A stretch of DNA of 64,000 bases from the IMG/VR virus record IMGVR_UViG_3300021255_002723, positions 1 to 64,000 of that record; one strand, written 5' to 3'. Shown here one piece after another: positions 31,530-40,742 of this stretch (the stretch's first letter is position 1; every line of letters begins with the position of its first letter). This DNA comes from a virus (lineage: Duplodnaviria > Caudoviricetes). The notes beneath the pieces are model-generated. The model was not told the origin of the DNA and did not search any database. It saw only the letters and a program-made list of their open reading frames with translations. The position numbers and the translations under genes were made by a program.

Positions 31530-33572
31530 TTATCTAAACTCATTAATTGACCAATGTACAAGTCCATCAACACGAACATGGCCGTAGTACCTATTATTCA
31601 CCATCTTCTTCGCATAACGTGTCATAATTCCCTTAACTGGTGCGAAGTTGAATGGGTTGTACATAGTAGGAGTCAACTGCATTGGCACATATGGTGCATA
31701 GATGTAACCTGTGTCAAGAAGTGACTTACCCTTGTGACCGATGATAATTGACCAGTGAGGTGAATATGGGTCACGATATACAGTGTAACGTCCGCTTAAT
31801 GAACCAATCTTCTCAATACCCATGTTGTACTGGTCGCTCTCTGCTGATGCATCTGAAACGTGGAAGTACTCAAGGTTGTCGAACAATGCGCTAATTTCTG
31901 AAGATACAACTATGAAGTTTGCACCACCACGAAGAGTTGACTTGTGAATCTGTGCAGAAATCTGGTTAATCTTAGTCATAAGCTCTTGGTTCCAGTCCTT
32001 CTGAGTGTAGTTAGTTGAGAATGCTGCCATACGTCTCCAACCGTTAACATCCCAACGAGCTTGCCAAGGTGCACCCTTACGAAGGTCACGAAGAATTTCA
32101 CGGTCAATTTCTGCTGCAATCTGCTCTGAAAGGATAGCAGTCAACTCAGCCTCTGCGTCAATGTTGTGGAATGCAGAAACGTCTTGTGCCAACTCTGGTG
32201 ACCATGTAGCACGAAGCTTTCTTTCCTCAACTGATACTGTTACTGAATCAAGCTTGAAGCTAACCTCACCGATTTCGGTCTCAAGTTCAAGAGAATCATA
32301 CTGTGCCCAAGCAATCTTGAACAAACTTGCAATATTTTCCTTAGTTGCCTCGTAGTCGATAGAACCACCAGTGGTCTTAACGATTTCTGCGTCTAAAGCA
32401 GCAGCGTCAACACCAATGTAACCATCGATAGTACCTGCTTGCTGGATAACTGGTTTAGCCAAATCCAACTCAATATACATCTTACCTTCAGCATCGCAAG
32501 CTGCACCGTATTCTACGATACCCTTACCATACTTCTGAGTAACAACTCTGAAAGGAACAGACTCGAACTTACGGAAAGCTGCGGTCTTAACAGTGTCAGA
32601 ACCAGGAGCATTAGCTGCTGCGAATTCCTTCTGAGTGATAACCTTCAAAGAAGCCAAGAAACCTTCGGTATCCATTTCGTTACCATCAGGACCAGTTAAC
32701 TTTGATGCGTTAAATGATGAGAAGCCATCAATCTCAAGAATCAAGTTACGGATAGTTCCGTCAAATCCACTCTGGAAGTACATGTTCAAGTTGTCAGCAC
32801 CAAAAGGACGAACACCACCAGGGGTTAGGAATACTGGAACAGCACCACCAACCTTGATAGTAACCTTACCCTTTGAGTTGTCATACAAGAAGTCATTGTA
32901 GAACAAGTCATACAAACTCTTCTGGAAATACTGAGTTACTTCTGGACCTGCTTGACGAAGAGCAGTTACACCAAGACCTTCAGCAGCAGCACGCTCTTTA
33001 GCTGCATCGAAGTCGGTTGCATCCTCAAGAGTCTCGTTCAACTGTGGAACGTACCATGAGTTCTTGTCAAGTTCACTTACAGTCTCGTCTGGAAGATAGT
33101 AACGTGGTTCAACACGGCCTTCCTTGTTACGGTTTACACGGTCATAGCCCATGAGACCCTTGTGACGACCAGTAGTGCCATCGATGATGTCACCAGGAGT
33201 TGCGCCAGTTGCATCCTCTGGAAGTTCCCACTCTCTCTCTGAAGTAACAGGGAGGATGAAGAACAACTTACCAACTGGAAGGTTCATAGCTTGAACTGAA
33301 ACGATGTCATTAGCAAGCAACTTGCTAAATACACGTCTAATGATTGGGAAAACAACGGTCTCAAATGAACCGCTATTGTCTGAAGCAGTAGCCTCGTAAA
33401 TCAAGTGCTTTGCCTCATTTTCGTACAATGTAGCAACATTCTCCTTGATACCCTCTGGCAAACCTTCGGTAAAGCCGAGCTGGTCCCAGCGGTTCTGAAT
33501 GTCCTCACGTATCTGTCTTTGTGCGTTGTACTCGATATTACCAACTACACCACTTGATAGAAATTCCTTCAT
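31530..33572 (-). CDS. major capsid protein (T4 gp23-like)
   Basis: VFPIIRRVF..LLANDIVSVQAMNLP, RKLRATWSPELAQD..AFHNIDAEAEL, YAPYVP, GIMTRY; likely start MKEF at 33572. Confidence 0.96.
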   Translation of the reverse strand: MKEFLSSGVVGNIEYNAQRQIREDIQNRWDQLGFTEGLPEGIKENVATLYENEAKHLIYEATASDNSGSFETVVFPIIRRVFSKLLANDIVSVQAMNLPVGKLFFILPVTSEREWELPEDATGATPGDIIDGTTGRHKGLMGYDRVNRNKEGRVEPRYYLPDETVSELDKNSWYVPQLNETLEDATDFDAAKERAAAEGLGVTALRQAGPEVTQYFQKSLYDLFYNDFLYDNSKGKVTIKVGGAVPVFLTPGGVRPFGADNLNMYFQSGFDGTIRNLILEIDGFSSFNASKLTGPDGNEMDTEGFLASLKVITQKEFAAANAPGSDTVKTAAFRKFESVPFRVVTQKYGKGIVEYGAACDAEGKMYIELDLAKPVIQQAGTIDGYIGVDAAALDAEIVKTTGGSIDYEATKENIASLFKIAWAQYDSLELETEIGEVSFKLDSVTVSVEERKLRATWSPELAQDVSAFHNIDAEAELTAILSEQIAAEIDREILRDLRKGAPWQARWDVNGWRRMAAFSTNYTQKDWNQELMTKINQISAQIHKSTLRGGANFIVVSSEISALFDNLEYFHVSDASAESDQYNMGIEKIGSLSGRYTVYRDPYSPHWSIIIGHKGKSLLDTGYIYAPYVPMQLTPTMYNPFNFAPVKGIMTRYAKKMVNNRYYGHVRVDGLVHWSINEFR

Positions 33573-33643
33573 ATAATTTAATGAATTATTTTTTAAGTTA
33601 TTTTTTTTTTTATTATAAATACACACAAAAATCAAAAAGTGCT

Positions 33644-35161
33644 TTATTTCATCATTCTGTGCATCAAATCAAGAGAATCTAACATGTCAGGTGACTTGTA
33701 GATAGTTGTCTCATTGATTTTCTTTGAACCTTCAACCGTAAGACTCTTGTCTTCAGTGATGTTCATTTTATTTGATTTCTTTAGGTCACGACTGATGGAT
33801 TCGTAAAGATTCTTAGATGCCTCAATTGTCTTAGCCTCCTTTGAGAATCTAGAAATGATTTCTTTCTTCTCATCTTGTGAAGTTGAATTTTCAGAAATCA
33901 ACTTGATAATCTGTGCAAGATTATGGTTGGTTACAGCAGCTTCCTTCAATGACTGCATAACGTCAGTCAAAGTTGTCTTAAGCTCCTTGTTCTCAGAAAG
34001 AGCCTTGTTTGCTCTTCTCATGAAGCTCTCGTTGGTCTTATCATCACCATTGACAGTAACGGTAACATCTACATCGCCACTGTTGTAACGAGGCGTTGCA
34101 GTGCCCTTAACTCTACTGCCACCCTTACTCATAGAACGAGCGTTACGTCCGCTTGAGTTAGGAACATGAGACTTAGATGTGCTGTTCTGTTGCACAAAAC
34201 CGCCAACGTTAGTAGCCTCTTCTATACTCTCTTCCTCAAGTTGCTTACCTTTGCTGTCGTTGAATGGCTTGTCTGCCTTATTTTTCTTGCCGCCTTTATA
34301 TCCTGACCAAGGCTTTTCAGTTCCATGAGGAACACCTGCATCCCAGTCGTTTACATTCTTGCCTGGTTCTGACATACCTGGATTGGTCATTACATCCTTT
34401 TTCTGATAATTGTCAGTGTATCCTACGTTTGAGTCATACTCTAAAACCAACTCAAACAGTCTTTTTGTTGATTCGTTCATATCGTCATAATCATTATTTT
34501 CAAAATCATCTTCTGCACTGTCATCAGTAATTACTTCATCGTCATTTTCGACTCCAGTTGTTTCACCTTCGTCATCAAGTTTGATTAGGTACTCAGCTCC
34601 AGTTTCATTGTCTTGAATGTTGACATTTCCATTGTCATCTTTATGAACAAGAATCTGGTCATCATTCTTCATTAATTTGTAAACCTTTACGATTTCCTCG
34701 TCTTCCGCATTTGTAAAGTCATACTCATCGTCTGATATTTTGTACTTGTCAAAATCAGCCCATTCATCGCCATCTTCGCCCTCATCTTCTACACCGTCAA
34801 TTGCGTCAGCTACTTCACCCTCATCGCCAGTTTCACCTGCGACTTCATCAGACTCCATATCTTCCTCACCTTCAGTGCTAGCAGAATCAGCGTCCGTACC
34901 AGCGTCAGTGTCTTCTACGCCATCCGTAGGAGCTTCACTTGATTCGGCATCATCTGTAATATCAGAACTAGTATCTTCCACTTCCTCTTCTTCGTAGTCC
35001 TCATCATTGCCCTCAGACAATAACTTGGCATATGTATCACGCACAGCCTCATCCAAAAGGGTCTTGACTGCGCTTTCGGTATTTTCCCTCAAAGAGTTTG
35101 CGAGTGTGTTGTAATCTAATAAAGATTCTCTAACTACTTTGCTTCTAATATTTTTGCTCAT
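33644..35161 (-). CDS. prohead core/scaffold protein (acidic)
   Basis: Directly upstream of MCP, very D/E-rich, with a C-terminal coiled coil. Confidence 0.7.
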   Translation of the reverse strand: MSKNIRSKVVRESLLDYNTLANSLRENTESAVKTLLDEAVRDTYAKLLSEGNDEDYEEEEVEDTSSDITDDAESSEAPTDGVEDTDAGTDADSASTEGEEDMESDEVAGETGDEGEVADAIDGVEDEGEDGDEWADFDKYKISDDEYDFTNAEDEEIVKVYKLMKNDDQILVHKDDNGNVNIQDNETGAEYLIKLDDEGETTGVENDDEVITDDSAEDDFENNDYDDMNESTKRLFELVLEYDSNVGYTDNYQKKDVMTNPGMSEPGKNVNDWDAGVPHGTEKPWSGYKGGKKNKADKPFNDSKGKQLEEESIEEATNVGGFVQQNSTSKSHVPNSSGRNARSMSKGGSRVKGTATPRYNSGDVDVTVTVNGDDKTNESFMRRANKALSENKELKTTLTDVMQSLKEAAVTNHNLAQIIKLISENSTSQDEKKEIISRFSKEAKTIEASKNLYESISRDLKKSNKMNITEDKSLTVEGSKKINETTIYKSPDMLDSLDLMHRMMK

Positions 35162-35333
35162 AGAAAATATTTTAATACATTATTTTAAATATAAATATAG
35201 CACAAATGCAAAAAAATTACGTTAAATCCCTAAAATAATAGCATTTAACTGTTTTTTTCATACCTACATTATATATAAGCTATTATATAAATATTTACAT
35301 TGTCTCAAATATTTATAATAAAAAAATACTAAA

Positions 35334-36071
35334 ATGGAAAAAAACGAGATAGATATGCAGTTATTGAAAGCGGGTGTTAGAAGACCTGATTTGGAAATAA
35401 TTAAAGAAGGAAAAACAGGTCATGGCATCCTAATTGAACATGATGGATATATGTACATCAAAGAAAACAGACAAATTAAAGAAAGTCTTGAAAACGGTGA
35501 GTGGCATGTTCCATACCCATTCATTGTTGACGCTGTATTCCAAAAATTTGGAATCAAAAACGCAAACGGAAGAATATATCCTGAAGAAGTTTTGAAAAAA
35601 CAAGTTGAATTATATCAACAGAAGATTGATGAAAGAAGAGCAATAGGTGAGTTAAATCACCCAGCAGAGTCAACAATTGACCTTGATAGAATTGCAATCA
35701 ATATCATAGAGCTTCATTGGGAAGGTAGGACACTAGTTGGAAAACTCGAAATAAACACTTCACATGGTTTCAGAAAACATGGAATAGTTTCAACTCGTGG
35801 AGACCAAATGGCCAATTTGCTACTCAATGGAATAAAGATAGGAGTATCTTCTAGAGGTGTTGGTTCTGTAGAGCAGAAATTAGGCCAATACATCGTTGGT
35901 GACGATTTTGAACTAATCTGTTGGGATGTTGTTAGTGACCCTTCAACTCCAGGTGCTTACGTTGGACAACCAGAGGAATTACAACAGTATGTTGAAAATG
36001 ACACAACAAACAAAGGAAAATCAACCATCAATGAAAAAATAAGTAAAATTAAAAGCATACTTAATTCATGA
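35334..36071 (+). CDS. prohead protease (T4 gp21-like)
   Basis: KNANGRIYP, GELNHP, GVSSRGVGS, DVVSDPSTPGAY. Confidence 0.93.
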   Translation: MEKNEIDMQLLKAGVRRPDLEIIKEGKTGHGILIEHDGYMYIKENRQIKESLENGEWHVPYPFIVDAVFQKFGIKNANGRIYPEEVLKKQVELYQQKIDERRAIGELNHPAESTIDLDRIAINIIELHWEGRTLVGKLEINTSHGFRKHGIVSTRGDQMANLLLNGIKIGVSSRGVGSVEQKLGQYIVGDDFELICWDVVSDPSTPGAYVGQPEELQQYVENDTTNKGKSTINEKISKIKSILNS

Positions 36072-36412
36072 AAATTATAATCACTGAACAAGCTTTTAGG
36101 AAATTATTAAAAGAATCAATTGAAGACATTCTTTATGGTAAAGGTAAAGGGCATAGAGGATATGCAATACCAAATATACCACAACCTAAAAGAAGAGTGT
36201 ATGACTTTGGGCAGAAGAGAGACCCAAACGATGACATGTTCGATGGTATGCCTCACTCATACACTGTGAGCATATGGGATAACAGCGTTAACACAGAAAG
36301 GGAATTCTCTGACACGTTTGACAACATAAGAAGCTCTCGTGAGTTAGATGATGCTGTAAGGGCAAAATACCCAAGGTTAAGCCATTGGAGAAATCTTAGA
36401 AAATTTAATTAA
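36068..36412 (+). CDS. leader-family protein
   Basis: Starts MKIIITEQAFRKLLKES. Confidence 0.65.
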   Translation: MKIIITEQAFRKLLKESIEDILYGKGKGHRGYAIPNIPQPKRRVYDFGQKRDPNDDMFDGMPHSYTVSIWDNSVNTEREFSDTFDNIRSSRELDDAVRAKYPRLSHWRNLRKFN

Positions 36413-36419
36413 ATTTGGC

Positions 36420-37259
36420 ATGAAAAAAATTCTTATAAACGAAGGGCAATACAAAATATTAAACGAATATCATCATGCATATGACAATGGTTTACAAAAT
36501 GATGCTGTAGAAATTGCCAATGAAGTTTGTGAACTTGTAAAGCAAGGATGGACTAAAGGCATGCAGATGCAATTTGACAGTGACTATAAACTGTCTACCC
36601 CTTATACTTACACTTTAAAATGTTTTGGTGAAAGCAAAAAGTTGTATGTGTACGCTTGGGACGAGCCAGAAACTTGTGCATACGTTTACCCAAACAAACT
36701 TTACATAGGGGCACAGCTAATAAATGATTCTTTAGAAAATGGTAACAAAGAATACTTAGTACAATCAATATATCACGAATTAGGCCATCTTACAAACGGT
36801 GTGTATGGCGGTTATACTCAAGGAAACAGAGACTTTAAAAGGCCAACATTTTTTAAGATAAAAAATGACAAATTATATCAAAAAATTACCAAATGTTTAT
36901 ACAAGTTTTTGTCAAGGGAACTTAAAGCAAGATGTTTTGAAACAACTATGTTTTTAAAAAACAACATGAACAGAAACATTACCATTCAAGATGTATATGA
37001 TAACCGTTGTTCCGACATTTCTATGATGAGAAGATTTGTAAAAAGTCTAAAACACATATCTTCGTTAGGTGAAAGTGGGGATACCATGAATATAATAAAC
37101 GAATTGTATAAAAACTGTATTAATGATTATAAAAATCCATCTTGGGATAACAAATGTAAAAAAGTGATTTTATATTTTGAGAACAAACTACAATGGCTTA
37201 AAAAAAGAGTTGACAAAATATATTATGACTATAAAACAAATTACGGAAATTTTAGCTAA
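36420..37259 (+). CDS. zincin-like metallopeptidase with leader
   Basis: MKKILINEGQYKILNE leader; YHELGH...RELKAR. Confidence 0.65.
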   Translation: MKKILINEGQYKILNEYHHAYDNGLQNDAVEIANEVCELVKQGWTKGMQMQFDSDYKLSTPYTYTLKCFGESKKLYVYAWDEPETCAYVYPNKLYIGAQLINDSLENGNKEYLVQSIYHELGHLTNGVYGGYTQGNRDFKRPTFFKIKNDKLYQKITKCLYKFLSRELKARCFETTMFLKNNMNRNITIQDVYDNRCSDISMMRRFVKSLKHISSLGESGDTMNIINELYKNCINDYKNPSWDNKCKKVILYFENKLQWLKKRVDKIYYDYKTNYGNFS

Positions 37260-37313
37260 AAAATTTGCTTTTTGAAAAATAATTCTTATATTTTATATAT
37301 AAGAATTATTTTT

Positions 37314-37748
37314 ATGAAACGATTGAACAAAGAATACAAACTAGATGTGTGCAACCACATGATTCTCAAGTATGGGAGTGTAAACAAAGATAACCCACAA
37401 GTCGTTTATGTATCTGGACGTTGTTGGGTTTCGCCACAAACTGACATGGACTATGAGTCAGTTGTCTACGAAATAGAAAAAAAAGTTAGGAATACCATCA
37501 AGGCATTCCTGATGGATGGTGTCAACTTTGACAATAAATTTATTCTAGACTTTGACATCAACACAGACAAAATGAATAAGAATGACAAAAAATTCTTATC
37601 ATTTGACCTATACCTAAAACAAAATGAAAACAATAAGAAGACTCTTAAGGAACTGAAGGAACTGCTTATGCATAGAATAAGCACTGTGGCTAATAGCATT
37701 GTATATTTTTTTAAGGAAAACAATTTCGAAATTAACAAAAAGAAATGA
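37314..37748 (+). CDS. hypothetical protein
   Basis: Likely start MKRLNK at 37314. Confidence 0.65.
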   Translation: MKRLNKEYKLDVCNHMILKYGSVNKDNPQVVYVSGRCWVSPQTDMDYESVVYEIEKKVRNTIKAFLMDGVNFDNKFILDFDINTDKMNKNDKKFLSFDLYLKQNENNKKTLKELKELLMHRISTVANSIVYFFKENNFEINKKK

Positions 37749-37771
37749 TATTTATATAAAAACATAATACA

Positions 37772-38098
37772 ATGAAAAAGATAATTAGACTTACAGAATC
37801 AGACTTACACAGAATAGTGAAGAATTCAGTCCAAAGAATTCTTAAGGAAGACAATGTGCTTGGTAATGACTTTATGCAAGATGGGGGAAATGAAATGGAT
37901 AACAATACTTCAGTAAACAACAATTACCAATCATTCAAAGACCAAAAAGATGATTTACCATTTGGCCTAGATGATGATTTTAGCCCATTATTTAAAAACG
38001 AACATGATTGGGGTGCTCAAGGAGAGGAAAACATCGACCCAACGTTTTATGAAGACCCAGATTGGTATCGTGATGACGTGATGGGTGAAGAATGGTAA
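37772..38098 (+). CDS. LTES-leader family protein (acidic)
   Basis: Starts MKKIIRLTESDLHRIVKNSVQRILKE. Confidence 0.75.
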   Translation: MKKIIRLTESDLHRIVKNSVQRILKEDNVLGNDFMQDGGNEMDNNTSVNNNYQSFKDQKDDLPFGLDDDFSPLFKNEHDWGAQGEENIDPTFYEDPDWYRDDVMGEEW

Positions 38099-38104
38099 TA
38101 CAAT

Positions 38105-38140
38105 AAAAAGAGCAACTTTAATTAGTTGCTCTTTTTATTT
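38105..38140 (+). terminator. intrinsic terminator (insertion target of the element at 38141)
   Basis: aaaaagagcaact-ttaatt-agttgctcttttt. Confidence 0.8.
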
Positions 38141-38225
38141 GGCAATAACATAGAAGTTGACCCAACAAATCCCATCTTACTGATATTTATTATTAAAAAT
38201 AACTGTATAAACACATTAAAACGAT

Positions 38226-38699
38226 ATGAAGAAACTTATAAGATTAACAGAATCTGACTTACATAGAATTGTGATAGAGTCAGTGAAAAGAATCATCAAA
38301 GAAAATAATCAAAGGCATAAAAAAATAATAAGAGAATTCGAAGATGATGAAAGAGACTTTGGACAGTTCGGAGATTATCCACCATCTATGGAAGACATAG
38401 AAAAAGAATCAATGATAGATTGCACATTCTTGATTAATCAAAATGAATTAATATTAGAGCCAAGCGGAAACGTAATTAAAAACGATATACCAGATGATGA
38501 GTGGTGCTCAATAGAAATAACACCAGTATTCGAGAAAGATATAAATAGCCTATATGTTGATGACCTAAATTGGGAGTATTGCGAAGTGTCAGCCGAAATG
38601 GAAAAATCAATGGAATTGAAAACAATGATTGATAACGCAATAGAACAACACTTTGACGAAATATGCCAAAAAATATATAATACATCACCATATTCCTAA
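38226..38699 (+). CDS. LTES-leader family protein (cassette cargo)
   Basis: Starts MKKLIRLTESDLHRIVIESVKRIIKE. Confidence 0.8.
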   Translation: MKKLIRLTESDLHRIVIESVKRIIKENNQRHKKIIREFEDDERDFGQFGDYPPSMEDIEKESMIDCTFLINQNELILEPSGNVIKNDIPDDEWCSIEITPVFEKDINSLYVDDLNWEYCEVSAEMEKSMELKTMIDNAIEQHFDEICQKIYNTSPYS

Positions 38700-38722
38700 A
38701 TAAATATTTTGTATAACTATAC

Positions 38723-38757
38723 AAAAATGAGCAACCTAGCTAGGTTGCTCATTTTTT
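38723..38757. terminator. subterminal terminator of the cassette
   Basis: aaaaatgagcaacct-agct-aggttgctcatttttt; a near-identical copy lies at about 57391-57423. Confidence 0.8.
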
Positions 38758-38795
38758 AGATATATGGGTCAACTTCGATGTTATTGCCTTTTATT

Positions 38796-39026
38796 TTACA
38801 TTGACATCATCTGTTGTAGCTTTCTAAGCTCCTTGACTATGCCTCCAAGTTTTTCTATGGTAACTTCATGCCTAGATACGCCACCGCCAAGGATTTGGTT
38901 GTACAAACCTTCTAATTGGTCTGCACACACCCTAACCGTTTCACTGTCATTAGGATTCTTATATTCTTTTAGCATTTCCTTACTCCCTATATATTCATTA
39001 ATTACTTCATTGATAATATCCTTCAT
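38796..39026 (-). CDS. small hypothetical head-region protein
   Basis: MKDIINEVINEY...MLKEY. Confidence 0.6.
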   Translation of the reverse strand: MKDIINEVINEYIGSKEMLKEYKNPNDSETVRVCADQLEGLYNQILGGGVSRHEVTIEKLGGIVKELRKLQQMMSM

Positions 39027-39031
39027 AACAG

Positions 39032-40672
39032 TTAATCATCCATTAAAATATCCCTTATTTCAAGTAACTTTGCGATGTCCTTTACAATTGATTCTTTGTT
39101 GAACTTCTGTTCTTCCAACTGTGACTTCAATTGCTTCAACTCTGTATTTTCAGCGTCTTCCTTCAACATCTGGTTTATCTTTTCAATGCATTCATTTTTG
39201 AACTTGTTGAAAAGCTTTTCCTTTCTCTTCTCTGCGATTGGACTTCTGAAATCAGTTATCTGCTGAACGAATGACATTTCAGACTCAGTAAGAGTGTCTT
39301 TCAACTTGCTTTCAAAGTTCTTTACAAGCTTGCTAGGGTCTACTGACTCATTTATGGCATCACCCTTGTGCTTGTTCATATATTCACATATGTTGTTGGT
39401 GCTCTCAGCCAATGTTGCAACGTTAACTACAGAATTCTTCTTGGTGAAGATGTTATGACCAGACTCATATAAGGTTCTCATTTCATCGTTGATGAAATCA
39501 GTAGGAATAATATTGTTCTCTTTAAGTATGTTCCTAAACTTTGCGTTTGACTTCAACAATGTTTCCCTATTGATTGTAGGTACAACTGCTTCATATAGTT
39601 TCTGTGCCAACTCTTCTGGCTTTAATATATCAGCCATCTTACCACGATAGTTTCTTATTGCATTGTAATAGTTAAACTGACTTGACAAATTGCTGTCTTC
39701 TTTGATTAGCTTTACAACATCCCTAACAACTTTCTTGTTGTTTTTGAACAATTCTGGAAGTCTTTCTTCAAATATATGGTTTAAGATACCAAAGTTATTT
39801 GTATTAAGTTCAGCAGCAAGTTCATTTTCATGTCTACTGTCTTCAACTGCTTCGTCTAGCATCTCTTTCACATAATCATAAGCCTTGAAATCGTTTTTTT
39901 GAAGAGCTTCGTTCATTATACTGATGTAGTTTGAAAACTCTTCTTGGTATTTATTTTTTTTCATATTAACTTTGTTTTCTTTTATCGTTTTTTTAGGTTT
40001 TTTCTCTTCTTGTCTAATCAATGAATTATACTGGGCAATTGTCATTCCACCCAATTTGCTTGATTTCTTTTCTAGCGCTGAATTTGGTGTATTATACTGT
40101 CTAATAAATTCAACTAATTTTTCACTCATAGACGGTGAATCTTTTATATCATAATTCATCCATGCTTCATTGCTTGGATTACTAGGTTTATTTGAATTAA
40201 TGTATTCTCTAACCGTAACATTCAAACGTCCATTGTTGCCACTTATAACATAAATGAAATCTAAATACTTATCAACACCATCTATTTTATTTAACAAATC
40301 AGCCAATTCTTCTGACGAAACAGTATACCATGTTGTTACAACTCTAGGCGTTAAAAATATCCTTCCTTTAAATGCTGCTGTGTCATATACTGCATCTTGC
40401 ACAGCTCTTACAACATTTTCGTCAACATATTCACTATATAATGCTTTTCCAAGTATATTGTTAGCCAAATTCTTTGAAATATCCCAATGACAAAGTTTGT
40501 CATCATACATAAATTCTTTTTCGCCATCCAAACTTGTCTGGAAATATCCAAATGAAATTATGTTTGGCTGTGTATAATGAAACGATGCTTTACGCTCGTC
40601 TGTGCCATCGTCATATAGATTAAGTGTATCTGGATTTCCACTAAAATATTCTAGTAAATTATGTTTTTTCAT
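39032..40672 (-). CDS. head-region protein, apparently two fused modules
   Basis: 546 aa downstream of the portal; an internal MKKNKYQEE begins a helical second half. Confidence 0.6.
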   Translation of the reverse strand: MKKHNLLEYFSGNPDTLNLYDDGTDERKASFHYTQPNIISFGYFQTSLDGEKEFMYDDKLCHWDISKNLANNILGKALYSEYVDENVVRAVQDAVYDTAAFKGRIFLTPRVVTTWYTVSSEELADLLNKIDGVDKYLDFIYVISGNNGRLNVTVREYINSNKPSNPSNEAWMNYDIKDSPSMSEKLVEFIRQYNTPNSALEKKSSKLGGMTIAQYNSLIRQEEKKPKKTIKENKVNMKKNKYQEEFSNYISIMNEALQKNDFKAYDYVKEMLDEAVEDSRHENELAAELNTNNFGILNHIFEERLPELFKNNKKVVRDVVKLIKEDSNLSSQFNYYNAIRNYRGKMADILKPEELAQKLYEAVVPTINRETLLKSNAKFRNILKENNIIPTDFINDEMRTLYESGHNIFTKKNSVVNVATLAESTNNICEYMNKHKGDAINESVDPSKLVKNFESKLKDTLTESEMSFVQQITDFRSPIAEKRKEKLFNKFKNECIEKINQMLKEDAENTELKQLKSQLEEQKFNKESIVKDIAKLLEIRDILMDD

Positions 40673-40742
40673 TTAAATACTATTTCTTATAAATATAAAT
40701 AAATAGCAAAAGGTGCAACATTTGAGTCACACCTTTATCATC

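Larger units (their letters stand above)
38141..38788 (+). mobile_element. non-autonomous IS1595-like cassette (648 bp) carrying one LTES-leader gene
   Basis: TIRs GGCAATAACATAGAAGTTGACCCA (38141-38164) and TGGGTCAACTTCGATGTTATTGCC (38765-38788), 23/24 match; 8-bp TSD TTTTATTT at 38133-38140 and 38789-38796. Confidence 0.9.

Noticed and set aside
38764-39102. ORFs 38764-39102 (+) and 58876-59121 (+) sharing GQL..YCL
   Set aside because: The similarity is just translation of the TIR; they are unlikely to be real genes.
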